A stretch of 63,963 nt of DNA, counting the filler, from Collodictyon triciliatum (lineage: Eukaryota): assembly GCA_043381765.1 (NCBI GenBank). It is 7 parts of 7 records of this genome, joined end to end, with 100 filler letters (N's around TTAATTAATTAA, not from the genome) between each part and the next. Parts side by side here need not be neighbours in the genome. Positions count along the whole stretch, not along the records: positions 28,764 to 34,420 come from JBHJMP010000367.1; positions 34,521 to 54,772 come from JBHJMP010000368.1; 5 more parts are not named here. One strand, 5' to 3'. The notes under the pieces are model-generated. The model was not told the DNA's origin. It saw only the letters and a list, made by a program, of their open reading frames with translations, and did no database searches. The number at the start of each line of letters is the position of its first letter. Within the stretch, counting starts at the first letter, position 1. Below are positions 31,267 to 43,158 of this stretch, in pieces. A program made the position numbers and the translations under genes.

Positions 31267-34260
31267 CCTAAATTCAACTGGAGTGGATATAACAGCATAC
31301 CTCAACCGAAAAAGATTTTCCCATTGACCTCAAACCATATTCATAGATTTGCCGAAGAGTTGAAAAGTCGATATTCCCACCACATATCAACACACATACC
31401 TTTTCATCTGGGCGAATCTTTATGATAGGAGTGTATCCGTATTTTACGGTATCCATTATTTTTTATTTTCAAAAATGTTGTCTCTTTTACATACAAATGT
31501 ACATCAAAATATATGAGCAACACTTGAATAATTATACCTTCACTTTCTTATGCAAAAGGGCAGCAAGTGCTTCAAAATAAAATACAAAAAGCGTTTGTCA
31601 GACTGTCTGGAAAATTCATAAATGAATTTATTCATTATGTATATGATATGGATGTCATATTACTTAAACATCCGGCACCCTCTGCAAGTGTTCTTGTCGA
31701 GTGGAGCAAGTGGACGATTGTTCTGACATAGAGTTCAGGAATGAAATATTTGTTGCTTCAAAATATCGGGCAAATTTTATTTCATTACTTTCAGACATAT
31801 GATTCGAAGCTTCATTCAACAAATGAGACAATTAAGAAAACAAAATGCACTAAAATGCACTAAAATGCACTAAAATACAACAAAATACAACAAAATACAA
31901 CAAAATACAACAAAATACAACAAAATACAACAAAATACAACAAAATACAACAAAATACAACAAAATACAACAAAATACAACAAAACACAACAAAACACAA
32001 CAAAACACAACAAAACACAACAAAACACAACAAAACAAATTAAAAGAAAAGAAGTTCATCATTTAATGGATACGAAGCAATTTCATTTTCGGTAACAGTA
32101 ACATATTCATCCACTAAATTACGAAGCAACGCAGTATGGACACCACCCTGTGTAATTAAGGTCATAGTTAACATGTAAATGCATTTTCATATGCAAGAAA
32201 AAGCATCAAATAGGGGACGCCTGTAAATAAAGGCAGGTTTGGTTAAACAGATGAATCGGATGGGCCCATTACAGGTTTTTTGACATTGGTACCGTCTGCT
32301 AGAGTTAGTGCTTTAGGGGGTATATATCTAGATTACTTAAGACTTCAGTATGATTGTATAGGTAGCCATACTCATTTATTGTACATGGTATATACTTGCT
32401 TTATTTGATTCAATGATTTTACATGGTGTATTAAAAGAACAAGAAAACTATGAGGCATAACAATCAAATATAAAGGGGGTTCTAAATGGATTTAATATCC
32501 CACCGAAAAGTGCCCGTCTTTTTTATGTCAGCCAAGGGAGACACGAGTTCCGACTGAACTCCAACTGTGATACGTGTATTGTTTAACTTATTGATGACTA
32601 AAGAACCTAAGCGCACCGATTATATTTTCACCAATAAAAAGTATAAATACATGAATTTATTTACCTATTCGAATCTTCGGATTTCGAGCCTTAAGATAAA
32701 GTGCAATCCCAGAAATAAGACCTACAAGAGAAGTATTATTTATTTCTTAAACCAGAGTCGAAACAGAAGAAACCAAAAACCAAAATAAATTGAGTGAAAT
32801 ATATTGACAAAACAGGGATATATTATAATATTCGAGCAAAATCATGTGACATCGAAAGACTTATGGCGCAAAGGGGAGTATAATATTCTGAGTCTTGAAG
32901 AACTTACCTCCCCCACCAACACCAACAAGAACTGTATCGATGTCCATGACACGCCGATAAAGTTCGTACCCAATCGTACCCTAAATTCAGAAGAAAATGC
33001 TACTCATGTATTCAGGTATGGGATAAATGATATTTCATAAGTATAACGAACCTGACCCTCTATTACATCAACATCGTTGAAGGGCTCAACAAGCATCCAA
33101 CCGCGGTCCTATGATGATACGTGAGTATAGATATTGTTGGTAAAATCACGAGTATTTATTTATTACACGACAAATTTGTTTCGCTGTGTTCGATGTAACT
33201 TCAAAATTATCGCCAACTTTGATAACTTCAGCATTATACCTATAGTTTAAAATTGTAGGTATAGATTAATTTATTGGCCCTATTCTATTTTGATTGTGTA
33301 AAATCGTCTCTTTGTTGTAGTCCTACACGTATTTCAGCCAACAAGCAAACAAATAGCCCATATTTTCATAATGCAGCCAAACCTTCTCGTGAAAATTAAT
33401 TTGGTTTCTGGGGCGTATGAAGGACATACTATTGTGCAAGGAATTTTTGTTCTCAACGCCACCAACGCAACTCCTTGTGTACAAAAAATTATGCTTACAT
33501 TAACATTTAAAAAAAGAAGGGAAAAAGAATAGGAAAAGAATCAAAGAGAAACATATGGTGACATTATAACATATATTCTTTTGCCCTTCACAAATTTGAG
33601 TTAGCTCACCTTGTGCATGATTTCCTGCTGAAGAGGCAACAATACCATTTGGACGAGTCCCGTTTGGATTTGCTTCAATGGATTTCAAAACCATGTTCGA
33701 TGACCCTCGGATCTGTTGTGAATAAGCAGATTGCCTCTTTATTTTTCTCCCCCGCGCACATCACCCGAATATCGCGCCCTTTCTACCAAAGTATCATAGA
33801 GGACACTTTACCTTAAATGAACCAGTCTTTTGGATGTTCTCCAGGAAGAGATAAACTTGGGCACCACACATTTCGCTAAAGAACTCGCTTTGAGAGAAGA
33901 GGGAAGACTTTTAATATATTGATTGATAAGGTACTGTGTAAAAAAACTATTTCTTACAGGAATTTGAAAATCTTTTATAGTAGGATAGATATATACCTTT
34001 GGTACAATGGAGTAGAGAAAAGGTTGCATTTTATCCTGTTAAAAGCATTCTCGATACTCTCTGCATTTACGTCGCTGATGCTCTTCACCTTTTGAGCTAA
34101 TCGTAGGTGGTAAGTGTCATATTATTTTGCTATGAGGACATATCCTTACATATCTTTCAATATTGAAGCGACGAATCAAATACTCTCTGGTTGTTGAGAC
34201 TCTGAATTTTCCAACTTCCCTCCAGTAAGGCCACCGTAGTTCACTTCACGAAGAGGAGGT
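29915..34260 (-). CDS. ilvA: PLP-dependent threonine/serine dehydratase with C-terminal ACT-like domain, 5'-partial, at least 20 exons
   Basis: Spliced motifs ENIQKTGSFK|IRG, ASSAGNHAQG, VEPFNDVDVIEGQ|GTIGYE, VGVGGG|GLISGIA, TLADG, LAEGAG and LICGGNID. All junctions are in phase. Stop TAG at 29915. Confidence 0.92.
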
Positions 34261-34520
34261 CTTGAAGTGTAAGGCAGATAAATAATGGAAATGTTGAGAT
34301 TGACACTGGAGTGTTATACAGAAGAGAAGAGAAGAGAAGAGAAGAGAAGAGAAGAGAAGAGAAGAGAAGAGAAGAGAAGAGAAGAGAAGAGAAGAGAAGA
34401 GAAGAGAAGAGAAGAGAAGANNNNNNNNNNNNNNNNNNNNNNNNNNNNNNNNNNNNNNNNNNNNTTAATTAATTAANNNNNNNNNNNNNNNNNNNNNNNN
34501 NNNNNNNNNNNNNNNNNNNN

Positions 34521-34990
34521 GTGGCTCTTCAGTCTGTGGTTCTTCAATCTGTGGCTCTTCAGTCTGTAGCTCTTCAGTCTGCGGCTCTTCAGTCTGTAGT
34601 TCTTCAATCTGTGGTTCTTCAATCTTGGGCTCTTCAGCCTTTGGTTCTTCAGCCTTTGGTTCTTCAGCCTTTGGTTCTTCAGCCTTTGGTTCTTCAGTCT
34701 GTGGTTCTTCAGTCTGTGGTTCTTCAATCTGTGGTTCTTCAATCTGTGGCTCTTCAGTCTTGGGCTCTTCAGTCTGTGGCTCTTCAGTCTGTAGTTCTTC
34801 AGCCTTTGGTTCTTCAGTCTGTGGCTCTTCAGTCTGTGGCTCTTCAGTCTGTGGCTCTTCAGTCTGTGGCTCTTCAGCCTTTGGTTCTTCAGTCTGTGGC
34901 TCTTCAGTCTGTGGCTCTTCAGTCTGTAGTTCTTCAATCTTGGGCTCTTCAGTCTGTGGCTCTTCAGTCTGTGGCTCTTCAGTCTGTGGT
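34521..34990 (-). repeat. Coding 15-bp minisatellite (about 31 copies) encoding the pentapeptide (Q/K)(T/A/I)EE(P/L)
   Basis: Unit GTGGCTCTTCAGTCT and variants on the + strand, running into the scaffold end. Confidence 0.95.
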
Positions 34991-37900
34991 ATTTCGCTAA
35001 GCTCCATGATTTCATTCTCTCGAACAGTTAACTCTTCATAGACTTCTTGTACCTCCATAAGAGATATCTCTTTGGTAGCAGATTCATCAGCATTCGGCAC
35101 AGATGGCTCTCTATCATCTTTGGTTACCTGAAATTCATCTACCGCACCCTGGTCGATTCCTACTGCGGATATTTGCCGCTTCATATTTTCATTTGGCTCT
35201 TGGTCTCGTGTAGGTATATTTTGGTTTTCCTTATTCGTACACTCATCAGCGCTTTCGGTCTGATTATTTTCGTCTTCGATCTCTTCTGAACCGCCAACAA
35301 TTTCGTCGGGAACGTCGTCTTTCTCATGCCCTTCTTGTGCAACTCTGTCTATGTTGAGAGAATCATGTATTTGCCCTTCGTTGTCTGTTCCGACTGATTG
35401 CTCGCGACTTTTCAACTGCCTAGGCTCGGAGTCGTCATTTACTGGTTCATGATTCTCATGTAGTTCCCCATTTTCTTCTGCTGTTTTCTCTTCTGCAGAG
35501 TCAACCTCCATTTCATTCTCGGTCGCTGGCTTACTCACTTCGTCAGATGGCTCCTTATTTTCAGGAATGAATCCGCTTGGCGATGTTTTAACCGCCATAT
35601 CGTTGTTCTCAAGTTCCTCTGGTTCTTCGTCGGCTAAATCTTTCGTAGATTCGGATTCAGACTTGGATTCAGATTTGGATTCAGATTTGGATTCAGACTC
35701 AGACTCAGACTCGGACTCAGACTCAGTTTCAGATTCGGATTCAAACTCGGAATTGGACTGTGACTTTACTTTGGTCTCTGATTCTCCGTCAGAGTCTTCC
35801 AAAGATTCGCTTGGCTCATAAGTATTTTTGATTGGTACGGAACTTATGTCAGTAGTCTCTGACTGAGATAATGATGTGAGAGCAGGTTCTTCTTCCGTAG
35901 GATTTGTTGTATTAGACCGGTTCACGGCGGCATCTTGAGTGGGTCCTTGTTCTATGATATTCTCTGTCGAATGCAATGAGGGTGTTTCACCAAAGTTCTT
36001 CTCTGAGTCATCATTGTGCTCTGAATCACCTAGCACGACATTGTCATCATACTCCGGGTCTGTTGCCTCCATAACTGGGCGCTCGGTGGGACCTGACGTT
36101 GAAGCAGACCCATTTTCAGAAGGTAACCGAACGGTCTTCTTTTCCTTTGGAGCAGAGGTATCTAGATGACTATAATTTAGGAAAAGAAAATAATGTGGGA
36201 GCACATGAAGGACCTTGATGCAATGAAGTGGTTTGGGTGTCATAAATATCAATGGAGAAATAAATCACGGCTTAATATATTCATAAAAGGTATACTGCTC
36301 TTTGACTGCGGTTTCTTTTGATGATTCTTATCTTGTGTTTTCAGTTTCAAGGCAGGTGCAGGTGATGGGCTCTGATGTAAGAATCCGCAATTAGTTCGCA
36401 CACATTCGTATATGTGAATATGAATCGATATGATATCATCGGTGCTAATTATAGTGAAAAAATATCAAGTTTAAGGTGCACGTGTCTATGTGTGTGGAAC
36501 CATAGGAGAATAGTATCATTACTATGCTACTCTTGTCAGGTTTTGCCAGTGCAGGCTTTACGATGTAGCCGAACAGGTCATATACCCTCACTGAGTGGAA
36601 CAAAAGAGAGAAATATCATCAGGTCATGAGATTTCGATTAAAAATGATGATAATGATAATGATAATGATAATGATAATGATAATGATAATGATAATGATA
36701 ATGATAATGATAATGATAATGATAATGATAATGATAATGATAATGATAATAGGGATAATGATAATAGGGATAATGATAATGATAATGATAATGATAATGA
36801 TAATGATAATGATAATGATAATGATAATGATAATGATAATAGGGATAATGATAATGATAATGATAATGATAATGATAATAGGGATAGTGATAGTGATAGT
36901 GATAGTGATAGTGATAGTGATAGTGATAGTGATAGTGATAGTGATGGTGATGGTGATGGTGATGGTGATGGTGATGGTGATAGTGATAGTAATAGTAATA
37001 GTAATTTAATGAATATAGATATCATGAGAATAATCCATGTAGCAAGTGGAAATGACTTTTAAATTATAGAAAATATATTTAATTATATATTAGTACTTTT
37101 GGCCTTCATAAGAGCTCTGGTATACTCCACAAATGTAATCTGTTTCGACATATCACTAACAATAAAGTAATCAACCATTATGGAAAATCGCTCTGCTGGG
37201 TAATGTTGCGCGCAGGAATTCAGCACCTCATGAGCTGTCATAATGTTTCATATGTAAGTAAATGCAACCCTTGTAGGATATTATATCATGTAATTATTGT
37301 TCAAATATGTAGGAGAATGTTCGATTGATGAGGCAGCGACAAACTGAGATTCAATATTGGATAGAATCATGTTTAATAATAGAATGTCATCTAAAATTCA
37401 TTAGTCTCACCATTCGAAGTCATAATTCTTCCGTTATTTTGCGAGTGACATGAGTTAAAGGCAGCCCTGTGAAGCTGGAGCTCATCTCTTGCAATAAGGT
37501 TTTCACCAACTGGGCGGCCTACGGAGCCCTTTAGAACAGAAGTTGACAGATAAATTTCACGCTGCGGAGACAGAAATGTGCAAACGTGATATATGACAAG
37601 GTATATTGGTTAAAGATTCTGTTTAGATTTACGCACTTTCTCCAGATCTTCGTCGGCGCTTAACGGTCTTTGTTTCAAAGAATTGTTTGCTGGCTGACTT
37701 TTTATGGAGGCTAATGCTTTAGCGTTGTGGCGAGCAGGAGCTGATGTAGAACGAGGCTCTCTAAATAGATTCGGGCATAGGGAATTACTTGCAATCAACT
37801 TTGATTTCCTTATCATTTATTCATTTCTGTACTGAAATGAATACATATGAGATAGCATAGGAATATAAATCATCGAAAAGCATCCCATCTGGATAGTAAG

Positions 37901-39268
37901 CGATAATAGAACATAAATCGAATCATACTTTGCGTTCAGTACGTCAGTATGGGGTGTTGGATCGACCCATCCTTGTTTGTGGACTACTGGATTGCGATTG
38001 ATACCAGGTAGCAGAGTGCAATTCTTTCGATACATTTCTTTCAGCTGGTGTTCGGTCTCCCAGTCGTAATGGTTGTAGGTCGACCTCACGGTTACCAATC
38101 GCTTGAACATCGCCTTCGATATGTGTATACATTAATCATCGATTAAACTATGAACATCATGGTTTAAAGTGCGTCAGTTGAGAAAAAAATGAACGGATGC
38201 AATTTTCAAATTGAAGGCCAAAATTTATTTTGCCACACATATTGTGAAATCAAGATGGCTTTAATGTTTCTTTTGGGTATTAACTTGATTTTCCAGGTCG
38301 ATTTGTGCGAGTTTCTTTTTTCGACTGATTGCAGATGGCGATGGAATCACATGAGGCTCCTTTGAAGGACTAAAATACGCATTTGTCGTCGTGTATATTT
38401 TGTTCATCTTCTCAACTATTCGTCTGTTTTCTTGGTGAATCCCATAAAGTCGCTCTAACAAAGGATAGAAACTTCAGTGACCCTACTATTCTTAATTATC
38501 ATGTAAAAAAAGTCAATGTGTACCATCCTATGCACACTAACCAATTGGCTATAATTAAATGAATTAATATGTGAAAAAATATAAATGTGACTATATACAT
38601 ATAAAACACTTCGTTCTATGTACCTCTCTCGCTTTCCTGTCTCTTTCTGTTTTCATGGACGTGACTGTAAAATGTTGGTGGCTCTATTCATACAAAACAT
38701 ATTATGTAAACTCGTCAATTACTTTTTGAAACATAGAGAACATTTTTCATATTTACGCCGTATATTTAGAGATTTTTCTTTATAAAAAAAATACTATATG
38801 TGCAGTTATTTTCATATAAACGATGTACAAATAAAAAAAGAACAGAAGAACGAATAACAGAGAAAAAACAATAATATATTACACGATGTTTATCTGGAAG
38901 TTTAAATATGAGAAAATCAGAGATTAGTGGAAAGTCGCCTTTCCAACTCCTCGCGCAATCATAAATGTATATGTTAAAAAAATAAGGGCGGTGGGGAAAA
39001 GGCATGGCTATCACGAATGAAGTCTTGTGTGCGTTTGGGTGTGAGACTTACTACTGTCGGTCATGGCTCGAGTAGAAGCCAGGCGCTGATAATGCCCTGT
39101 CATCACTGATTCGTCCCAATGTGCGGCAAGCATTCGGCTGCTGACCGGAACGCCTGTGTCCACAAAATCGTTCCGCGAGCGTGCTGTTGGGCTGAAATAT
39201 CCCGTTCGTTGCGAATGGTTTCCCTGCGCTGCTGCACCTGCCGGAGACGGTGACGTGCGCTCGGTCAT
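34521..39268 (-). CDS. CFAP97/Hemingway-domain flagellar-type protein with degenerate EF-hand pair and long acidic repeat tail; 3'-truncated
   Basis: [54 protein letters not shown] and [26 protein letters not shown] match the CFAP97-family pattern. In-phase exons continue through [18 protein letters not shown] into ORF 34465-36252. Confidence 0.7.
36646..37005. repeat. Intronic compound hexamer microsatellite
   Basis: (GATAAT)n with AGG interruptions, then (GATAGT)n, (GATGGT)n and (AATAGT)n. Confidence 0.95.
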
Positions 39269-40778
39269 TGCTTTCGATCTAAGTAATTATTTTGCTCTGT
39301 GAGCTTGTTTTTATTGTTTTTTGCATTGTTTTTTTGCATTGTTTTTTTGTATTGTTTTTTTGTATTGTTTTTTTGTATTGTTTTTTTGTATTGTTTTTTG
39401 TATTGTTTTTTTGTATTGTTTTTTTGTATTGTTTTTTTGTATTGTTTTTTTGTATTGTTTTTTTGTATTGTTTTTTTGTATTGTTTTTTTGTNNNNNNNN
39501 NNNNNNNNNNNNNNNNNNNNNNNNNNNNNNNNNNNNNNNNNNNNNNNNNNNNNNNNNNNNNNNNNNNNNNNNNNNNNNNNNNNNNNNNNNNNNNNNNNNN
39601 NNNNNNNNNNNNNNNNNNNNNNNNNNNNNNNNNNNNNNNNNNNNNNNNNNNNNNNNNNNNNNNNNNNNNNNNNNNNNNNNNNNNNNNNNNNNNNNNNNNN
39701 NNNNNNNNNNNNNNNNNNNNNNNTTGTTTTTGTATTGTTTTTGTATTGTTTTTGTATTGTTTTTTTTGTATTGTTTTTGTATTGTTTTTGTATTGTTTTT
39801 GTATTGTTTTTGTATTGTTTTTTTGTATTGTTTTTTTTATTATTTTCTATTGTTTAGTATTATTTATAAAGTGAAGTATTTACTGGTTAGAGTGTTTCCG
39901 ATGTTTCCGCTCTTTATGTGAAGCGTGGACTAGAGGGTGGTATGGGCGAGTCCGTTTTTTCCTTTGACGACTCTTACTGAAAGGATTGCGGAGAGTCCAG
40001 AGTAGACGGAATAAATCTAGGAGAGTAAAATCGTTGAGACGAATGTGTGTGTGTTTAGAGAAAAGACTTCCAGTATGAATATTTTTCGGATTGAACCATC
40101 AGGGCCGCAAAGAAACCCAAAGAAAAGCAGTGACGATCCATAATCAAAGACATAAAATAAACCCAAAAAAATAAAAAAAAAATAAAAAAAAACTCAAGGC
40201 AACAGGTACAAAGCAAGTCATGACTGATGGAAAGCATTGGCTCAAAGGCAAGTTGTTCGTTCAAGAGCGATGAGTACGAAAGTTTTGCAGCGTCCTTCCG
40301 ATCAAAGCAGCGATCTTCTGGCCCGTTGCGGAGGACTGCGATTCGTAATATCGTGGGATTCGCTCGAAAGGTGGGTTTGCGGGATGTGATTGATTGGGTG
40401 CGATATAGCGAACTTCTATTTGTGGAATAATAACGGTTTCCGTTGAGTGTGGTGCGTGGACGTAACGGCTTCACGCCAGCTGGAGACGCATACCCATTGA
40501 AATAATCAATTATCTACGTGTACATGATGTAAATAATTTCATACAACTTTATATCATATTAATTAATATCAATTGATTATAATTAGACGGATAAGAATTT
40601 ACATATAGAAAATAATATATAATAAATTCCAGAATTGGACAACACATATCCCTTTTTTTCCACGACCCAGCCACCAAGCAGATAAGCACCTGTAGCGCAG
40701 GACGAAGTTTTGGGTGTCGGTTTATGTTGAAGTCAGTGAGGGAAAAAACTCAGTTGGGGGATGTTGTCTGACTGAGGC

Positions 40779-41951
40779 CTAGCGCTTGACCTCAAAAAGT
40801 TTGTGGAGGTAGACGACTTGGAGAATGCTCATCAAAACGAGAAGGCCAACCTCGAAAAGCGACCACCACAGGACACGCGCGTTGGTGCTTTCAGCAGCTG
40901 GAGGTGATAAAGGTTCGTAGGGTCATTAATTTAAGCAAAATGAAGGATGTATGATTCTGATGTCCGAATGGCACAAAGATTGATGAAATTGTCTTACTTC
41001 CTCGGTGGACTCTCTCACGGGTCTTGAGATAAGTCTGTTCTGATGCGATGTGATTCAAAGAATCGGATATTCGGTTGATAGATTCTTCGATAGGCTGAAG
41101 GTGGTCTACATGAAACAATGATAATGATAAAAAAAAGTCCTTAGTATACAAATGTTGCAAAATATGAAGTGATATGTTTTATTTTTAAAATCTTATTTTC
41201 GAGGAATAGGGGCGAATTTCTCACTCAGGTTCAGTATTTTGCTTTCTTCTTCAATTGTGCTAATGAACAGGTTCGCAGAAACAGTTACATATGGATAGGT
41301 TCATGTTTATACCTGGTTTGATGGCGCCCGGGGCTTCCATAAGAGCCTTTCGTTTGATCTTGAATGAGACAATCTTATCCGTGATGGTAGAGATTGAGTT
41401 GATGAAGCAAAAGCGGTACGGGCCTTCTTCATATGCGTTAAACGAGTACTTTCCGTCGGATTCCCTCTCTCCATCATAAAGGAGTTTATCATTGGGACCA
41501 TGTACCTTATGTGGTTGAAAGTTAAGTTATAAGCTGGAATATATCCTCTCAGTGCTCTCCTCCTCCTCCTTCTCCTCCATATTTTTTTCTCATTTGGATG
41601 AGGAAACAGGCCATCAGTTGGATACTTATGGGTTTAACAGTAGATGAACAATCTGTACTTGCACTCAATATATACACAAAGAGAGGAGGAGAGAAAAGGA
41701 GAGAAAAGGAGAGCTCTCATATACGTACAGATCAGACTTAGGAAGATAAAGTGGCGGCTTTGACTGACCTCAATATCAACATCGAGCATTCCTCCATCAG
41801 TGACCTGAAACTCAAAGTCCACCTTGTCGTTCCAGCGGAGATCTTCAAAGAAGCATTGCTGGCTGTTTGGCTGCACAACCACAGACAAGGCGAGAGTTTG
41901 CGCGCACAAAAGCAGGCACACAAACCCGGGAAGCAGCCTCGCCATGTTCAT
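40779..41951 (-). CDS. TMED2: p24/emp24 GOLD-domain cargo receptor, beta (TMED2-like), 4 exons
   Basis: Signal peptide, then QQCFFEDL..FEFQVTDGGMLDVDIE|VHGPNDKLLYDGERESDGKYSF..YRFCF, YLKTRERVHR and AESTNARVLWWSLFE..QVVYLHKLFEVKR*. Three GT-AG introns. Confidence 0.92.
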
Positions 41952-42638
41952 TCCTTTCTTCTTCCTTGGGCGAAGTTTTCTTTTTTCCCTTCAAGAGAAA
42001 GGATGAAGAGTAAAGCACTTAGTTGGTTTATTGATGTGATCACGTTCTCTTCTTTCCTGCGCTTTTCTACCTTCCTCAATTGTTTTGGTTTTTCGATAAG
42101 AGGCGATCAATCAGTTAGAGATTCTTGCTAAGCGATCCCTTCACGGACAAAAACACCACCGTATTCTGGCGAAGCACAAGCGCAGGTGCCTTGAATGAAT
42201 ATGTGTAAGACAGAGGGGATAATATGTTAACAGGCTCTTCTACTTTGTTTTCTTTTCGATAAGTCCAAGGCACTTGGCCGTGAAATGGTTGAGGCAGACA
42301 AACAGTTGACAGAAATGCCGGCTGTAAGCTTCAGAAGAGTCTCGCTTTACATCCCCCTTTGTTTGTTTGTTTGTTTGTTTGTTTGTTTGTTTGTTTGTTT
42401 GTTTGTTTGTTTGTATCGACTTCGACCTTTACTAGCAGGGTAGAAGCGGACATAAACACGTTTTCCTTCTTGAGGCGAGTGATGTGTTCAAAAGTGGCTG
42501 GGGTGGCTTGCTTTAATGTGGGGTTGTTCTTGTTGGAGTGCAGCGCTCAGGCGAAATCTTCAATATGATAATGGAAAACTTCTTAACATGAAAACGCGCG
42601 TTGCCTTTAAGATATTAGATTAATAGTGCGCCAGGAGT

Positions 42639-43067
42639 AAAAAGACATAATAGAAAAGACATAATAGAAAAGACATAATAGAAAAGACATAATAGAAAAG
42701 ACATAATAGAAAAGACATAATAGAAAAGACATAATAGAAAAGACATAATAGAAAAGACATAATAGAAAAGACATAATAGAAAAGACATAATAGAAAAGAC
42801 ATAATAGAAAAGACATAATAGAAAAGACATAATAGAAAAGACATAATAGAAAAGACATAATAGAAAAGACATAATAGAAAAGACATAATAGAAAAGACAT
42901 AATAGAAAAGACATAATAGAAAAGACATAATAGAAAAGACATAATAGAAAAGACATAATAGAAAAGACATAATAGAAAAGACATAATAGAAAAGACATAA
43001 TAGAAAAGACATAATAGAAAAGACATAATAGAAAAGACACAATAGAAAAGACACAATAGAAAAGACA
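42639..43067. repeat. 14-bp minisatellite (AAAAGACATAATAG), about 30 near-perfect copies
   Basis: Directly visible tandem array, degenerate only at the right end. Confidence 0.95.
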
Positions 43068-43158
43068 TGATAAACATGAAATCATAGGCAATACATAACA
43101 AAAAAAAAAAAAAAGAACATTAATAAAGGGGAAAAAAAAGGACGTTAAAAGCTTTTAC

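Noticed and set aside
34261-34520. Fusion of the acidic QTEEP-repeat ORF to the threonine dehydratase
   Set aside because: The two lie on different scaffolds joined by the artificial spacer.
34521-34990. CRISPR-like array
   Set aside because: These are head-to-tail 15-mers without unique spacers, coding in frame, in a eukaryotic gene.
37399-37520. In-frame TGA (..KITEEL*LRM) suggesting recoding or selenocysteine
   Set aside because: A different frame is fully open, splices in phase on both sides and gives EF-hand-like sequence.
42607-43101. Repeat-derived ORFs (also poly-Ile, poly-Leu, poly-Tyr, poly-Phe, FVCL and poly-His ORFs across the window)
   Set aside because: They are translations of microsatellites, or the antisense of a (GAT)n tract.
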